Below, piece by piece: positions 1 through 14,560 of a DNA stretch of 64,000 nucleotides. Each line of letters begins with the position of its first letter. Position 1 is the first letter of the stretch. The notes below the pieces were generated by a model, which was not told where the DNA came from, did not search any database, and saw nothing but the letters and a program-made list of their open reading frames with translations. The translations under genes and the position numbers were made by a program. The stretch comes from Gnetum montanum (Eukaryota; Plantae; Gnetophyta), in assembly GCA_015680685.1 (NCBI GenBank), contig MNCI01000651.1, positions 558,001 through 622,000 on the forward strand. Reading direction: 5' to 3'.

Positions 1-1149
1 GGAGTTCTTAATTATGCTCACATGTAGTCCCTTGTGGCATTTATGATTAATTGACTTGGTAGGATCCTTCCTTAGTCTAGATCAAAACCAACCACTTTCA
101 GTGACTTCCCATTGACATTCTAAGGCAAGTCCATCACCTGAGACACAAGAATGCTCCCACAAAACAACCACCATTCCAAATTGGAGTGAAGGTAGGAAGT
201 GAGAAAGGGCCTTAGTTATAAGAGACAAGATAAGTCTCATAACTAGTTCTTGTAGCCCTTTTTGTTTGGTCTAAAGGATGTGCTTTGAATTCCCATGGTT
301 TTTTTTTTTTTTTGAATGGTAACCACACCATGTAAAGACCCATGTGTTTTTTGCATTTATTTTGTCTAAGGGATGTTCCTTGAATTCTCATATTTTTTTT
401 TTTTGTGATGAGAACCACACCATGCAAGGACTTATTTGACTTCTTATTATGAAATGACACAAAACAATGAGAAGCTTACAAGAACATCCCTATACAGAGG
501 AAAACAGAAAATCACAAAGAATACTGCAACCCTTTGAAGCCACACCTTATCCAAACCTTTGATTCCTTTCCAATTTCAAAAACTACATAAGTCACCAATT
601 TATTAAAGTTGTATTAATGAAGAAGAGATTGCATGCTTGCAAAATAAGGAAAACAATAGAGTATGTGAATGGGTGGATGATGTGGATTCACTACCTATTA
701 CATGAAAAGAAACCATGTCACAATCATCAGTAATGGCATTCAAAGTCAGAAGCTAGAAATCAACAATCAAATTAGAAATAAAGCATACCACTATCGAGTA
801 GTCCATTACCAATGTACCTACCACCTTATTAGAAGAAAAAGTAGAGAAACACATCAAACAGAAGCAAACATAACCATGAAAAAGTAAAAAAAATAGACAA
901 TAATTATTGAATATATTAACAATGGTGTAAAGTAAAAACTAAGTGGAAACCAATAGCCTTAAAAATACAACTATGTAAAACAAAGAAGAAAATAATAAAA
1001 AGTTGTAAAAACAAAAATGTGAAAAAAAAGAGAGTCAAAAACTGAGGAGTTGCCTAAGGTGTTAGTATGGATGGCCATCTCCCCATGACTAAGTTGGAAG
1101 GGAGATATCTGAAAGATTGAGTGTGGTTGTCCATCTAATGAGGTGTTTG

Positions 1150-4100
1150 TTGTGTTGGTTGGCTTGAGCTCATGGAAAGGTTTTATTTGTTGAATGTTAA
1201 CTAATTGTTTCTTATTTGGGCTATCATATTTGTAGATGATCATGGCCCCAAATGAAAAATTCTCTTCAATAATGTAAGGTCCTTCCCACAATGTTTGAAA
1301 TTTGGTTCATTAGGGAATATGTGTAGGATTCCAATATAGAACCTTGTCTCCTAGTTGAAACTTGACTTTTGTTATTTTAAGGTCATGACATTTCTTATTG
1401 AATGCCTTATGCATTTCATTGGATGATAGGGCCATTAACCAATTTTTTTCTAGCAAGCTAAGCATCATTAATCGTTCTTTTTGTGCTAAACTTAGATCTA
1501 GGTCAAGATCATAGGCTATAGAGAATGTATGGAGTTCAGATTGTATAGGCAATGTTGGTAGTTTTTCGTACACAAGCTTATAGGGAGAATAACCTATGGA
1601 AAGTTTCCATGTGAAGTGAAAGGCCCAAAGGGCATCATTTAACTTAGTGCTCTAGTCCCTTCGGTACTTGCTAATGGTACATGTTAAAATTTTTGTAATC
1701 TCTTGATTAGTGACCTCAACTTGATCATTGGCTTGGGGGTGATATGATGTTGTGAGTTTATGTTTAATCCCTAAGCACTGCATCAGTTTCTAGAAAGTGG
1801 CACTTGTAAAATGAGTTCCATTATCAAAAATTAATGCACAAGGTATACCAAACTTGTTTACGATGTCTTGTTGAACAAACTAAGCATCTGTGGTGGATGT
1901 ACAATCAGTGACAAAAACTGCTTCTGCCCACTTGGTACAATAGTCAACTACGACTATTATATATGCCTTTCCATTTGATAAAGGTGTGATGGGATCCATA
2001 AAGTCAATGCCCCAAATATTGAATGGCTCAAGAGTTTGTATCCATTGATGTGGCTCCTTCATTTGAGTTGACATTCTACCATCCCTCTGGCAACGATCAC
2101 AAGCACAAATAAATTGGTGTGCATCTCTGAAGATTGTTGCCCAATAATACCCTTCCATGAGGATTTTTATGGTTTTACATCTTCTAGCATAATGGCCCCT
2201 ACAAGGACCTTCATGAGCATCCTGGAGAACACATAGTTGATCCATATCAAGGACACACCAATGTACAAGGTCATTAGGACAAACCTTGTAAAGGTTTTCA
2301 TTAATCTCTATGAAATGCTTGACCCGATGAAGAAATAGTTATTTCTTTCTAGTGTCCAACCCTTGTAGAAGTTCTTGCTTGAGCAGATAAGTAATGATGG
2401 TGTCATACCATTTTGGTTCATCAAGCATTTATGCATTAATAGCACCTGCAAGAAGAGATTTGTCAGGGAATTGATTAGATAAAGGGCTCTATTACTCCTT
2501 ATCATCCCATCTTAGTCATGATAAGTCATCTGCAACCACATTATCCACACCTTTACAATCTACCATCAAGAGATTGAATTCCTACAAAATCATGAGCCAC
2601 CATATGACACAAGGGCTCACCATTGGCTTGTTCATTAGAAATCTAATGGTGCTATGATATGTGTGCACAAACACTTTGTAGCCAAGCACATAGTGCCTAA
2701 ACATTTCTAAAGTAAACACCACTACCATCAACTCCTTTTCTATGGTGGTGTAGCTCAATTGTGCACCTATGATGCTCTAGCTTATGCAGTGGATGTAATA
2801 TGGACGTTTTTTATCATCCATCTGCGTAGGCACTATCCCCAAAGCATAGTTTGATGCATCAATCATCACATGAAATGGTCTAGACCAATATGATGCTTAA
2901 AGAATGGGAGTTTCAACAAGCTTTTATTTTAACTGTTGAAATGTTTATTCACATGCAGGGGTCTAGATGAATGATGCATCCTTCTTTGTCAATTCTACCA
3001 ATGACTTGGCGATTTTGAAAAAATTCTCAATGAATCACTGATAGTAGCCAGCATGACCAAGGAATGACTAAACTTCCTTGACTGTTTCAAGTTGGTAAGT
3101 TATTCCATGGATGACCCTTATTTTTTTAGGGTCTAGCTCGATTCCTGCTTTTGAGATGCAATGCCCCAAGACTATGCCTTCCTGGACCATAAGATAACTC
3201 TTTTGCTAATTGAGCCAGAAGTTTGTTTTAACACATCTTTGCAACACCTACTCAAGATAGTCAAGAGCTTCCTCTAACATAGCTTCATGGTAGAAAAATC
3301 ATCCATAAAAACTTCTATCCTACTATCGATTTGCTATTGAAAAATGCTGAGAACTAATCATTGAAATGTGGTTGGGACATTGCATAGACCAAATGGCATA
3401 TGTTGGTAGGCAAAAGTCCCCCAAGGACTTGTGGAAGTTGTCTTTTCCTGGTCCTCTGGTGAAATCTGCATTTGGTTATAGCCACATTAACCATCAAGAA
3501 ATTTGTAATAGCTATGCCCTGAAATAATGTCCAACACTTGGTCAACGAAAGGTAATGGAAAATGATCTTTGAAAGTTGTCATGTTGAGCAATAGAAAATC
3601 AATGCACACCCTCCATTTGCCTCCTTTCTTTGGCATGATCACGAGAGGGCTTACCACTATCTACGATAGGGTAGATAATCCCACTTTAAGGAGTTATTCA
3701 ATATCCTCTTTGAAAATCTATTTTAACTTGGGATTCAAACACCTCTACAGTTGTCATTTTAGCTTGACGATGGGGTCAGTGTATATTCGGTGCTAGCATA
3801 TTCTTGGATCTATCCCAGTAAGTTCAGAATATGATTAGGCGACGGCTGATGACCATTTTTTCACAACTTTTATCAACCTTTTCTTATTTTTTGTAGCAAG
3901 CTTGGCATTAATGATAACTGACCTTCCTTTTTTCAAAAATACATACTCCATTCTAACTGATAGCATCTTCAATTCAAGGGGCTTTTATTTAAAACTATCA
4001 AGAATTTCTAGCTCATCCCAATTGACATCATCATTTTCTCCTTCAAAGAGCTAGTGGTGAAGTTGCTCGAGTTCATCCATACTTGCAACGTACTTGTACA

Positions 4101-4710
4101 TTAGGCCCTCAGTCGCTTCCATGCATAATATACTACTACTAGCATCAGTCGTCAGCCATTGGGTGCCCTCTTATTTTGTGGCTGCTACATTTAGACATCT
4201 CTGGATATTGATTTCTAGTGCACACTACTTGCATGCAAAAATAGATGTTTATTTTGCTGATCATAACTTCTACACACAATGGCACCCTGAATTGCTATAC
4301 GCGATACATCGAACTCTCTTCTTCTCGATCTTCCCAAATTCATTTTATTTTAATATCTCTAAGTAAAGATCTCTAATGCCTATTTTTTCATCAACAGTAC
4401 TTAGCCACGCCCTTCCCATAATAATTGAAAGTCCGCCTTACAATTCTCCACTTTGATTACTATGGCATCAGTCGGATATGACCACCCACAAATGGTGGTG
4501 ATGATGTCTTCAACTAGTCCTAATGGAACAGTGATGGACTAGTCCATCAATTCTAGCCATATGATTCTCTTCTTCAAAGGAGGAAGGTTCCACATTATGT
4601 ACATCTCATGCGAGATCATATTAACACTGGAACTAGAGTCAAGAAGAGCTTTGCAATGCTCATTCCCAGCAATTTGCAAGTATCCCAAGACCAGCTAATT
4701 TTCTGGGTAG
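1150..4710 (-). pseudogene. pol: Gypsy pol: aspartic protease (~4380-4700), RT (~2950-3800), RNase H (~2500-2900), integrase (~1240-2310); many stops and frameshifts
   Basis: Motifs ALLDSSSSVNM and IIMGRAWL (PR); KGGKWRVCIDF, MPFGLCN (RT); DASNY, NVVADDLS (RH); H-x6-GHY...CDRCQR, WGIDF, VDYCTKWAEA, WEGPY (INT; ORFs 1880-2245 and 971-1291). Confidence 0.92.
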
Positions 4711-5499
4711 GTTACTAGCTTGAATCCAATTAGATACAGCATGTGTCAACATTACAATATACATTTAAGAGGGATTTTGGTTTGAAGGGGACTCAGATAG
4801 AGACGAAATAGAGGAAGGTGGAGGAGTAAGGTTACCAACCACTGATGTGTCCGAGGGATTTGGTGGACTACAAGGTTGGAAGAAGGGTCTTTTCTTTGTT
4901 CATGATTCTGACCCACTGGATGGGTTAACAGATTGCAAGTTAACTACCCTTGTAGCATTCCTTTACTATGGTTGTGCAGGTAATTCACCCTACATGAACA
5001 TAGTAGGTAGTATTTGTGCAAGAGGTGGAGGAGTAGGTGTAGGGATAGGAGGTATATGAGGGTAGTGGGTGGTATCCCTCCTTAGATAGGGTGATTGATA
5101 TGTTTTAGGAGGGTAGTGGTGAGATTGGTAAGCAACAATATGACCAGAGGAGTTCCTAGGAGATGAAGGTTGTTGAACATAGTAATCGTAGGGATCTAGT
5201 TGCCAGTAAGGGTGTTGTTGTCTTGGAGGTGGCAATGTCCACAATTGTGATTTCTACCATTGTTGATACATTTCGTAAGGTTGTGAAGGAGTTCCACTTG
5301 GGTAGTACTATTGTGGTTGGTGGAACTATCAAGGATTGCCTTGTGGATAAGGCAATCTTTTAGGCATTTGGCTTTATGTAAGTCATGGATGTAAGGCATA
5401 CACCTTAAATTCCTACAAGTGTGATACAACTGGGAAACATCCCTTAGGATGTTCATACTGGAAAACATCACACCCACCATCATCATCTAAATCACTATT

Positions 5500-6580
5500 T
5501 GTGACCATCTCTATCACAACTGTCTTACATTTACCCTTATATTTGGCATGTTCAGCTTCCTTATGTCTTCGACACTCTCACTCACCACCTTGCTTCGTAC
5601 ACTCTTCAACAATTTTTAAAACATCTTGAAACCTATTGTTGAAGGAGTCCCATAATTGCTCAACCTTAACTATGATTTCTTTTTGTAATTTCTGGAATGG
5701 CAAGGTTTCTAATTAACCACCTCATCTCTGGTGAATTCATCCACACTATTACAAAATCTAACCCCCTTTTTTTCAAATAGAATTATATTCTTCTGCACTT
5801 TCATGTTTTCTCATCTCTTCCTTCTCCTTGGCTACCTACTCAATTAATTTTTGAATTCAATGAGCACTCAACTTTATTAATCTTACTTTGGCATAGACAC
5901 CAAGGATTTCCTTGGTTTTAGACTACAACCCATCTACAATATGGTGAAGCTAATCAAGCTGAGAATATCCATGGCTTGGATAGCTATGAAATACAGAGTA
6001 GTATTTACCAATAGCAGCATCCAAGGGCTCATGATTCCCTTGTTTCCACACTTGAATTTGCTTCCTTAGATTGGATACTCATAAGTACATTTAATATTTG
6101 TCATTGAATAATTCCAACATCATACTCCACCGCCTAATCAATTCTGGTTCCAAGGATCAATACCAACTTTTTGCTTCTGTTATAAGTGTCCTTGAAAAAA
6201 TTTCAGCTTTTGCTAGCCACTTTCAATGTTTTTCAAGGCACATGCATCTTGGAAGGCTTCAAGATGATTTTATGGATCAGCATCATATCCTCCCTCGAAC
6301 TAAGGAATATTGTTCATATCAAAGCCTCTTTATTCTACTATCCTTCATGTGCCTGGTTGGAATCCTCATAGCCTCTACAATATTTAACATGCCTTGAGTA
6401 GCAAGTAGAGGTTCATCAAGGCCATGATGATGGTGCCTACAATGTTCCCTACTAGCCCTTCTTTCTTAATGTTAGGCCTCTCTGGATTTTCCTTGTCTTC
6501 GATCACAATTGTCTTGACAGTCCCTTCTGTTATTCTAGTCTTGTCGATCACCTCCATCACAATTATTTCATCTGTAGCCA
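5500..6580 (-). pseudogene. gag: Gag remnant of the Athila-like element
   Basis: Lies upstream of the protease; reads DMMLIHKIILKPSKMH...TLITEAKSWY.SLEPELID.RWSM (retrotransposon gag-like). Homologous to 31850-32350. Confidence 0.65.
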
Positions 6581-8299
6581 TGATCTAAACTAGATGAAGA
6601 AGATGATGATGATTAAGGGGAAATAAGAAGCAGAGCTTACTCTGCAATAACACCTATAATCCTTCCTTTGATGCTTGCAACCATGATGTGTGTGTGTTGT
6701 TCATTCGTTGTCTTCCCAGTCCCACTTGTGGAATGCAATTGTATGGTTAAGTGTTACTAACACATAATATTTTTAGTATTTTGTGTTTTTATGGAATTAC
6801 TCACCTAGAACAAGAATAAAAGTAAGAGTGAATAAAAGTAAGAGTGATTAATTTCTAAGTAAACTATAGTCTAATCTAGCCTAACACAAGTAACTATTCC
6901 CACTTCCTGAACACATCCTAAATGTTGTGCAAACATTGCTAGGCTGTCAAATGCTAGTCATTTCTAAGCTACCAAGTGTCACACATATGCTCGAAGGGGT
7001 TGTGCTTGTGTAATTTAGTGATTTTCTTAATTGATCAAAATTAATTGTTGCATAAATAACATTAATCTAAATTGCATGAAATATAAATTCATAAGAAAGA
7101 AAATCTCAAGTGCTACAAGGAATGGATCAAAGAGCTCATCTTTATTGCCAACGCAATGATGTGCTCAAGTACACCAATGCTTGAATAAAGATTTGTTCAC
7201 ACTTAGATCTCATCTTGCAAGCACTTGGAAAATATTCTAACTTTCAAATGGACAAATTGCAAGAGTTTCGCTACTAACTTCTAAAAAATTACTCCCAATT
7301 GTGCACTTGGGCACTGTATTTATAGACCTGGGAGTAACTTTGCAATATCGAATGTACGATATTGCATCTTGGGCCATGATATCGCATACCTGATATCACG
7401 GCCACCTTAATATCGGAGTGATGAAAAACATGATTTATCAATTTGGAAGTAGGACTCCAAATATTTGTATCAAAATACATAACTCCTAATTCCTCAAAGG
7501 TTTTTGCAAATATGTTTTAATTTCCTATATTATAGTTTTGTTTGTTATTATGGTTTTGTGGTTATATTTTTCTTATCATGGTTACTAATGGTTTGTATGT
7601 TTTATCATTTACAAACCTCAAGCGATGGTGATGATAATGTTGAAGATGATTTTGTTGATAATCCTCTTTCTCCTCTTATGGCTTAGTTTTAGCATGCTTG
7701 TTTAGCCTATCATGTTATATTATTCTATTGTTATTGCATTGGTCTTATAATTTTGGCAATGATAGCCTTAGAGACTATATTATTTATTTGTTATCTTTTT
7801 GCACTATGCAACTATGGATACTGCTATACTTTTATCGTTATTTTCTATCACATAGTGTGACTATGGCTATTGTTGTGAACATTTTTTGATTATAAGTTAA
7901 TATTTTTGGTCTTTAAATATTTTATATTTTTAGTTTTTTTTATATTTTTCTTGCATAAAAGGCTATGCATTAAAACAATAAAAGTACGATGCAAAACATA
8001 GCAATAAAATGGAAAATGTAAAAGTGTAAAACATGGCATAACAAGTCATAATGTGTGCATAAGAGAGATAAAAGGAAGATAAGAAATTCACCAATTTTAG
8101 GCCCTAGCAAGCCACCAATTTTAGGCCTTGGTAGGCCATTTTTATTTTGGTTTTATGTTTTTCTATTTTTTAAGTCATTTTTTCGTTTTATGTAAATGTA
8201 AAGGAAATAAGCATAAATTTTAAATTGATATGGAAATGTAAGGTAACAATGTAAAAATGTAAATAGGAACTAAAAATAAGATAACTAATTAGAAGACTG

Positions 8300-11200
8300 T
8301 ATAATATGTGCAAGGACAAGAAAAATAGATAATGTACCTAATCATGCAACTATTTCCTATTCTTTGAGATATTAGGAAATGTATAAGGCCTTTGTTGTAT
8401 GACTTTGTACTCTTCATTCCCCTTGCTCATAATGTTAAATGGGAGTTCTTTCCATGATTTGTTTATGGCTCTAGCATTTACAGCCTTAGCTTGATCGACA
8501 TTGTTGTAGTTCCTAACTTTGTTTTTGGTGATAGGAATCTCTTCTTGAAACTTCACTTCAAATCCTTGTTCTAATTCAATATTTTTGATGAATAAGAGGA
8601 CTACACCATCTCCGTGGATGATAATTTAATCTCCCTCATAAGGTAAGTAAATCTCTTGATGAATCAAGGAAGAGACTACTCATAATTTATCTAACCAAGG
8701 TCTCCCTAGGATAAGGTTGAAACCTACCATATCCTCCACCACTAATAAATTAATAAATATATGGAATTATTTCCCAATAATAAAGTCCAACAATATGGAC
8801 CCTTTCACAGCTACCCATGATCCATTAAAGGACTTAAGGATAGATGTGAAGGTACCCTGAATGTACTATAGCAAGTCTAAACACTCCATAATGAGAAAGA
8901 ATATAACATTTGTTGCTACTCCATCATTGACATGCACCTAGTGCACCTAGTATTGACACAAATCCTTATTGTTATGAAGAGAGGAACTCTCGATACCTAA
9001 CCACTCCATGAGTCGGTCTTTACCTTGCTTTCATGAAATGTTAAGGTAGTTCACTTCATTTCTTCCCTAGGAAAAGGTGGTACCATCACCACATGGATGG
9101 ACTCCTCATTAGCAAGAATATCTTCAATCATGGAAATAGAAGTTAACATCTTAATTAGTGCTTCATGGTTGACAAGGAAGATCATAACTAGGTCATATAG
9201 TCTCAAAGAGGTATTCTTTTGTTTAAGCGAGAGCTTGGCCTACTCCATTGCAATGAGGAAGTTTTTGTTATTATTGGATGGTTTTTCATTTTTCTTTACC
9301 TTGACTTCCTCTATTCTACCTAAGATCTTAACCCCATATTTTAGTGTCTATTGTTTAGACCCCTTTTCCTATTCTTGTTTCTAGTTATCCTACATAAGTT
9401 GGTTCATTAAGGTAGTTTGAGTGTTGAAGTCCATGGGTACTATTGAAATTGAAGTAGGCTTTAATGGGCCTACTTCCTTTCACATCTTTGGTTGTTTGGT
9501 ATCTTTAGCATTTGGCTGAAGAGCTAGCTTCTTACATTTCTTTTGAGGTGAATTCTTATTATTTGGATAGGAAGAGGCTAAAGCATTAGCTACCATGTGA
9601 GGATGTTAGTTAGTTAGGGTCATAGGTTCATCGATAGTGGGAGGAAGCAACCTAATAACAAATGGTTTCTTGGGAGGTGTATGTGGTGGTACCCTTATAA
9701 TAAAATAAGTTCCTAAACCTAATGAATTTGAAGCCCTTTCATCAAAAGGAGGTACCTTAACCATAAATGGCTCCCTAACAAGTTTAGAATTATTGTTAAT
9801 GCTAAATGTAGCTATGGTATACTGGTCATTGTTAATGTTCAATGGATCCTTATATACTTGTATATTCTGGTTGGGGTCTAACCAAGTTGGATGCATCCAA
9901 GACCAACTCTCTACTATCTATAATCTTCTAAAAATCATATTTTAGGACCAAAAAAAAACCAGTATCATTGTTTGGTAGCTAATGGTAGTGGCAGGATCAA
10001 TATAGTATGAAGTATTTGAGCATTAGTAGATCATCCATTGTGACTATGGCAAGATTTCTAGCAATCTCACATAAGTGATCTACCTATTGCGAGTGTTCTC
10101 TAATAGTTTCTTATGTTGGATAAAGTTATTTCTTAGCAATTAATTAGGAAGCTCAGATGGTTTCATAGGTAGCTTAGTGTACTTGAACCTATCTTTCCTT
10201 TCAAATTTTGATCTAGGCAAGTTAGAGGTCGAAGCACTAGATGTTAATGGTTGAGTGGTGGTCATAGGGGCCTTTGGTTGTATTATCTTTGGCCCTTATT
10301 TTGTTTTCATTTCTTTGGCCACTATGTCCATGGCTACAGAATTTCATTTTCCTTTGTCTCTATCCCTTCTCATATGTTGGTTCTTATATGCTACATATGC
10401 TAGATTGTTACTAGCTTCCATAGTATCTTCTATGTTTTTCGTTTACGAAAAGGCTTGACTAAGTAATTAGGAGTCTAAGTAGTAGAGCTTAGACTTAATA
10501 TAATTGTTAATTTCCCCTTTGAAAATGGCCAAAAGATGCATCTCATAGATGATCTTAGGGATTTTATTAAGGATGGGATTCCATCTCTATATGAACTTTT
10601 GGACAAGTTCAAGGGGCCCTTATTTGACCTTCATAAGTTGATCTAATGTTGTATTAGGTTTCAAGTTGTACTTGTAATGCTTAATGAATTATGAAATCAA
10701 GTCATGCAAAGAGCAATGGAATGTCTAAGAAGTACACAATACCAATCTCAGGCTTTTCTAGTTCGAGACATCAGAAAGATGCATATCACAATATGCATCC
10801 AAACTTGTAGCAATAAGAACCTAGATTAAGAAGTAATGAGATAAGATTTGGGATCAACCTCACTATTGTATTTGGTAAAGTGGAAATTTAGGATTCCATT
10901 GGAATGAGTTATTCATGGGATGATAGGACTGATGGTTTTGTCTTGGTCAAATTCCATAATTTTAACCATATAATTTGTGCTAGCTTTTAACTTCCCTAGC
11001 TCTTTGGTGAGATCTTGGATCATTTGGAAAGCTTGATTGAAGTCTTGGGGCATCCCCATAGATTCTAGTATTTGAACTAATGGTTGTGGAGGAATATGGA
11101 TGACCTAGGATCATGTAGTTAGCATTGGTAAATAGGGAAAAGGTTATGTGATCACAGTCATAGGGAAATTAAACAAGAAGGAGGTTTAGGTTGGAACCTA

Positions 11201-13660
11201 AGGGATGAAGAGGACAAAGGGAATATGGAATGCTTCTAAAGCCTAGGACTCTGAAGAGGGCCCTACTAATATGACAAAAGAAGGTGACATGGTAGATACC
11301 ATCGCTGATGAACACGCTGATGAACACACTAAACATGGTTAAGTTACAAAAGCCATAATTGTAAACAAGGAGGCAGAGTGGGATACTAGTTGAGATTGAT
11401 GTGCTACTATAATAGGTATTGGGAAGAACATGGTAGGAAATAAGGGAGTGGAATGAGGAATCTAATTTAGAGATGACATAGGGGATGTAGAGTGAGGAAT
11501 GATCACTTGATGATCTGGCCATTATAAAAGATTCCCTATGAATGTATCTGATTTATACTCAACCCCAAACTCATATTGATCTTCTTGGTTTTGTTCAGAA
11601 CTAACTTGCTCACTCATCTTGTCTTTGTCCACAAGTTGTTCCAACATATGGATGTGAAATTTTGTTGGTTCAATTTTATCATACAGTAAAGGAATATAAT
11701 ACTTTCTATTTCTATGGATAATCTCAAATTGACATTTCGATTCAGATTTTGTGCATGGGAAGAGGAGGCTAGCTTGGATTTTAGCACATATGAAGTTGTA
11801 GTACTATTCATTGATGTTGGAATAGAATGAATCTTATCTTAATGTACTGTGGGATTGTCTATGCTCTATAATAGTTAGATCCTTAGGATCATAGATGCAA
11901 ATAGCTTCTTGGTTGGAGGCCATGTATGCTATGTTGTAAGGTAAAATGGTTGACCAATGAAAAGGCATAAATAATGTGAGGCTAACATGTTATGTAGTCT
12001 AGAAAAAGTTCTAAGTATTTTCTAATAGGGATTCAATCTCCCAATATATGAGACCTCCAACATATGAAGATCTCAATGCATGAGACTTCGAATGTATGAA
12101 CTACAACTATGATGAAAAATTAAAAATTTTCAAAAAAAATTTCTAACATATAATCAATGCTAGATAAAACAAAATGGGCTATAACATGTGTAATAAAAAA
12201 TAAAAAAGTTGTGAAGTTCAGGTGTAGGAAATAGCAAAACCAACACACATTGCAACTACAAAAATTAAAATTTTTAAGTTGAAAACATAGGAAATGAGAG
12301 CAAGGTTGAGTACCACAACTACAGTAAAAATTAATTTTTTCAAAACTACCAAGCACAAGAAGTTGAGGTAGTGCTATGTGCTATCATAATAAAAAATAAT
12401 TTTGTTAAAATTGCAAATTACAAAGAAGAGGGGTAGTACTACACACTACACTATGAAAACAGTGATGGAAATTTATTTATTTTTTTTACTTTAGGCCAAA
12501 ATCTGGTTATGGTTCCACAACTTGGGGCTTTGGAAAAATCCAAAATAATTCTTAAAATGTTAAATAAGTTGACAAAAATTGATAGAAATAGGTAATAGGC
12601 TTGAAAATGGGTTTTAACAAAGAAATTAGTTAGAGACCTTCCTTCAAGCACAAGAAATAGTAATGACTAAAAATTCAATGCTAAAAGAACCAAAAATTCC
12701 TATGCATAACAATTTAACTCTAGATTCATTAGCCTTGAAAGGGATCTCAAGCATCTCAAATGGTCTTATTGATCACCTAAGAACTTAGAGGGTTTACTAC
12801 CAAGCAATAAAAAATAAATATGAACAAATTTTTTAAATGCAAGATGTAGTGCAAAAAACAAGAATAGAGAGATGAAGAAAATATTGTAAAACAAGCTAAT
12901 ACTACAAAGCTTGATATTAATTATTGTAAAAGAAAATGTTAGAAACAAAGGTTCAAAGAATACAAATTTTAGGTTCCATGAACCTAACAAATACAAAAAT
13001 ATCTCTCAACTCTAATGCAAATTACATGGTGTGTTCTACTACAATGTCCATGCAAATTTTCTCCTAACCTTTGTCTATCACTGGTTCTCTCTACTCTAAT
13101 GATTTCTTGAATGCTTGCACTACTCTAAAAGTCTCAAGTTCAACCTGAATGCACAATGATCCAAAAGTTCTTAAAATGATGCAAACTTTTATTTAAATAG
13201 GTCATACAATCATTGATTTTTTGCTAGTTTGATTCTACCAAATTTTAGACATTTCCTACAAAGTTTCTAATGCTTTCAAAGACCAAAATTTATAGTGTAT
13301 GTCATGCTAATGTTTTTAACTTTTTTGGTACTAAATACTAGTGTATGTGGTACTTTTCACCATCCAAAAAACAACATATGGATCACCAACGTTTGGAGCT
13401 TTTCTTGCCAAATCTAGTGGCATATTTGGTCTATTTTCATGGTTCAAATCCAATGTATAGGCCACCAATGGTTTTTGGATTTTTTATGCCAAATTTCATA
13501 AAATATTAACATTTTGAACTTCCATATGTTAGCTTAAATACATTTTCAGCTTGTGGGCTATAAATTTCACTTTACCCATTAAAAATGCTCAAACTTTTGC
13601 TAGAGCAAGGCCATAGGGTAGGATTTTTGATGAAAAAATAAGACAACTATGTTTGCCTTT
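8300..13660 (-). mobile_element. Ogre/Tat-like Gypsy remnant: gag (~9950-10960), protease (~8620-8990), long 5' leader/LTR-like region; no RT seen
   Basis: FTKYNSEVDPKSYL and F.KHYKYNL (gag); CHYH.LPNNDT (Tat/Ogre-type knuckle); VNDGVATNV...FNLILGRPWL...SSLIHQ (protease). Boundaries approximate. Confidence 0.7.
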
Positions 13661-13899
13661 AAATTCCCATCAAATTATAATGAAAATTTGGCTTTAATAC
13701 TTTTTTATTTATCATAGAAATTTTCTTTGAAGTGTTTCAAGATTTGTGTACATCATTGAAAATTTATAGTTCTTGAACTAGTCTTTCTATGACCTCCTTA
13801 ATTGATCTACATTATTGAATGTGTTTTTTCACCATTATTAGGCTTAATATTGGGGCTTGCATTATTTTTTTCCTTGTCACTTCCATCACTTGATGATGA

Positions 13900-14560
13900 A
13901 CTTTTTCTATTATGGTTCACTAAAGCCATTTACTAGTTGCATTTTTGGGTAGATTTGTCTTTACTTACTATTTTGTTGGCTTTGTTTCTAAAGTTCACCC
14001 ACTTTGGATCATTATACTGAATGATCACCTCCTCAATATATTTAGTAGAGTTGATTACATCATGGAGGCTAAGTAGCCTTGGATAGACTAGCCTCCCTCT
14101 TATATAGTTATTAACAAATACTTCAAATATGTCTAGTATCTATTCATCAAGTAATTATTGTCCACCTAGAGATGAACTTGGAGATAGATTCATTAAGAGT
14201 CTATTTGATTGCTAACAGCTTTTGCAAAGTACCACCCTTAGTAATATTATACTTCAACCTCTCCATAAAGGTAATAAAGTGTTGCTTTAAAGAGGTGATA
14301 GATCCATGTGAGAGTAATCTATACCATTTAAGTATTTTACTAGTTAAGGATTTGAAAAAGCTTCTAAGGATGATGTGGGTAAGTAGCATGCATTCATTAT
14401 GAAAGGTAATAATATGGTTCATAGGATCATATTCTTTATTATACTTAGATAAATTTGGTACTAAAAGGCCTTTGGGAACTTGGGTGGTGAGAATCAAAGG
14501 ACTAGTGGGATAGATAAGGAGATGTGCAATCCAGACTATAAGATTATCCCCATGCAGTGC
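13900..14560 (-). pseudogene. gag: Retrotransposon gag fragment (Tat/Ogre-like)
   Basis: ORF 14201-14497: VPNLSKYNKEYDPMNHI.TF...FFKSLTSKILKWY.LL.HGSITS. Confidence 0.75.

Larger units (their letters stand above)
1..7440 (-). mobile_element. Degenerate Ty3/Gypsy LTR retrotransposon, Athila-like; 3' LTR lies outside the window
   Basis: Minus-strand domain order gag-PR-RT-RH-INT, no chromodomain seen, long 3' UTR. The 5' LTR remnant (~6850-7440, ends ...tttatca) resembles the TGATGAG...CATCA LTR family seen later in the window. Confidence 0.88.

Noticed and set aside
7500-7900. Hydrophobic short ORFs (also 12120-12996 and 25174-25425) as membrane peptides
   Set aside because: The F/L/I richness follows from T-rich LTR/UTR sequence; no gene structure supports them.
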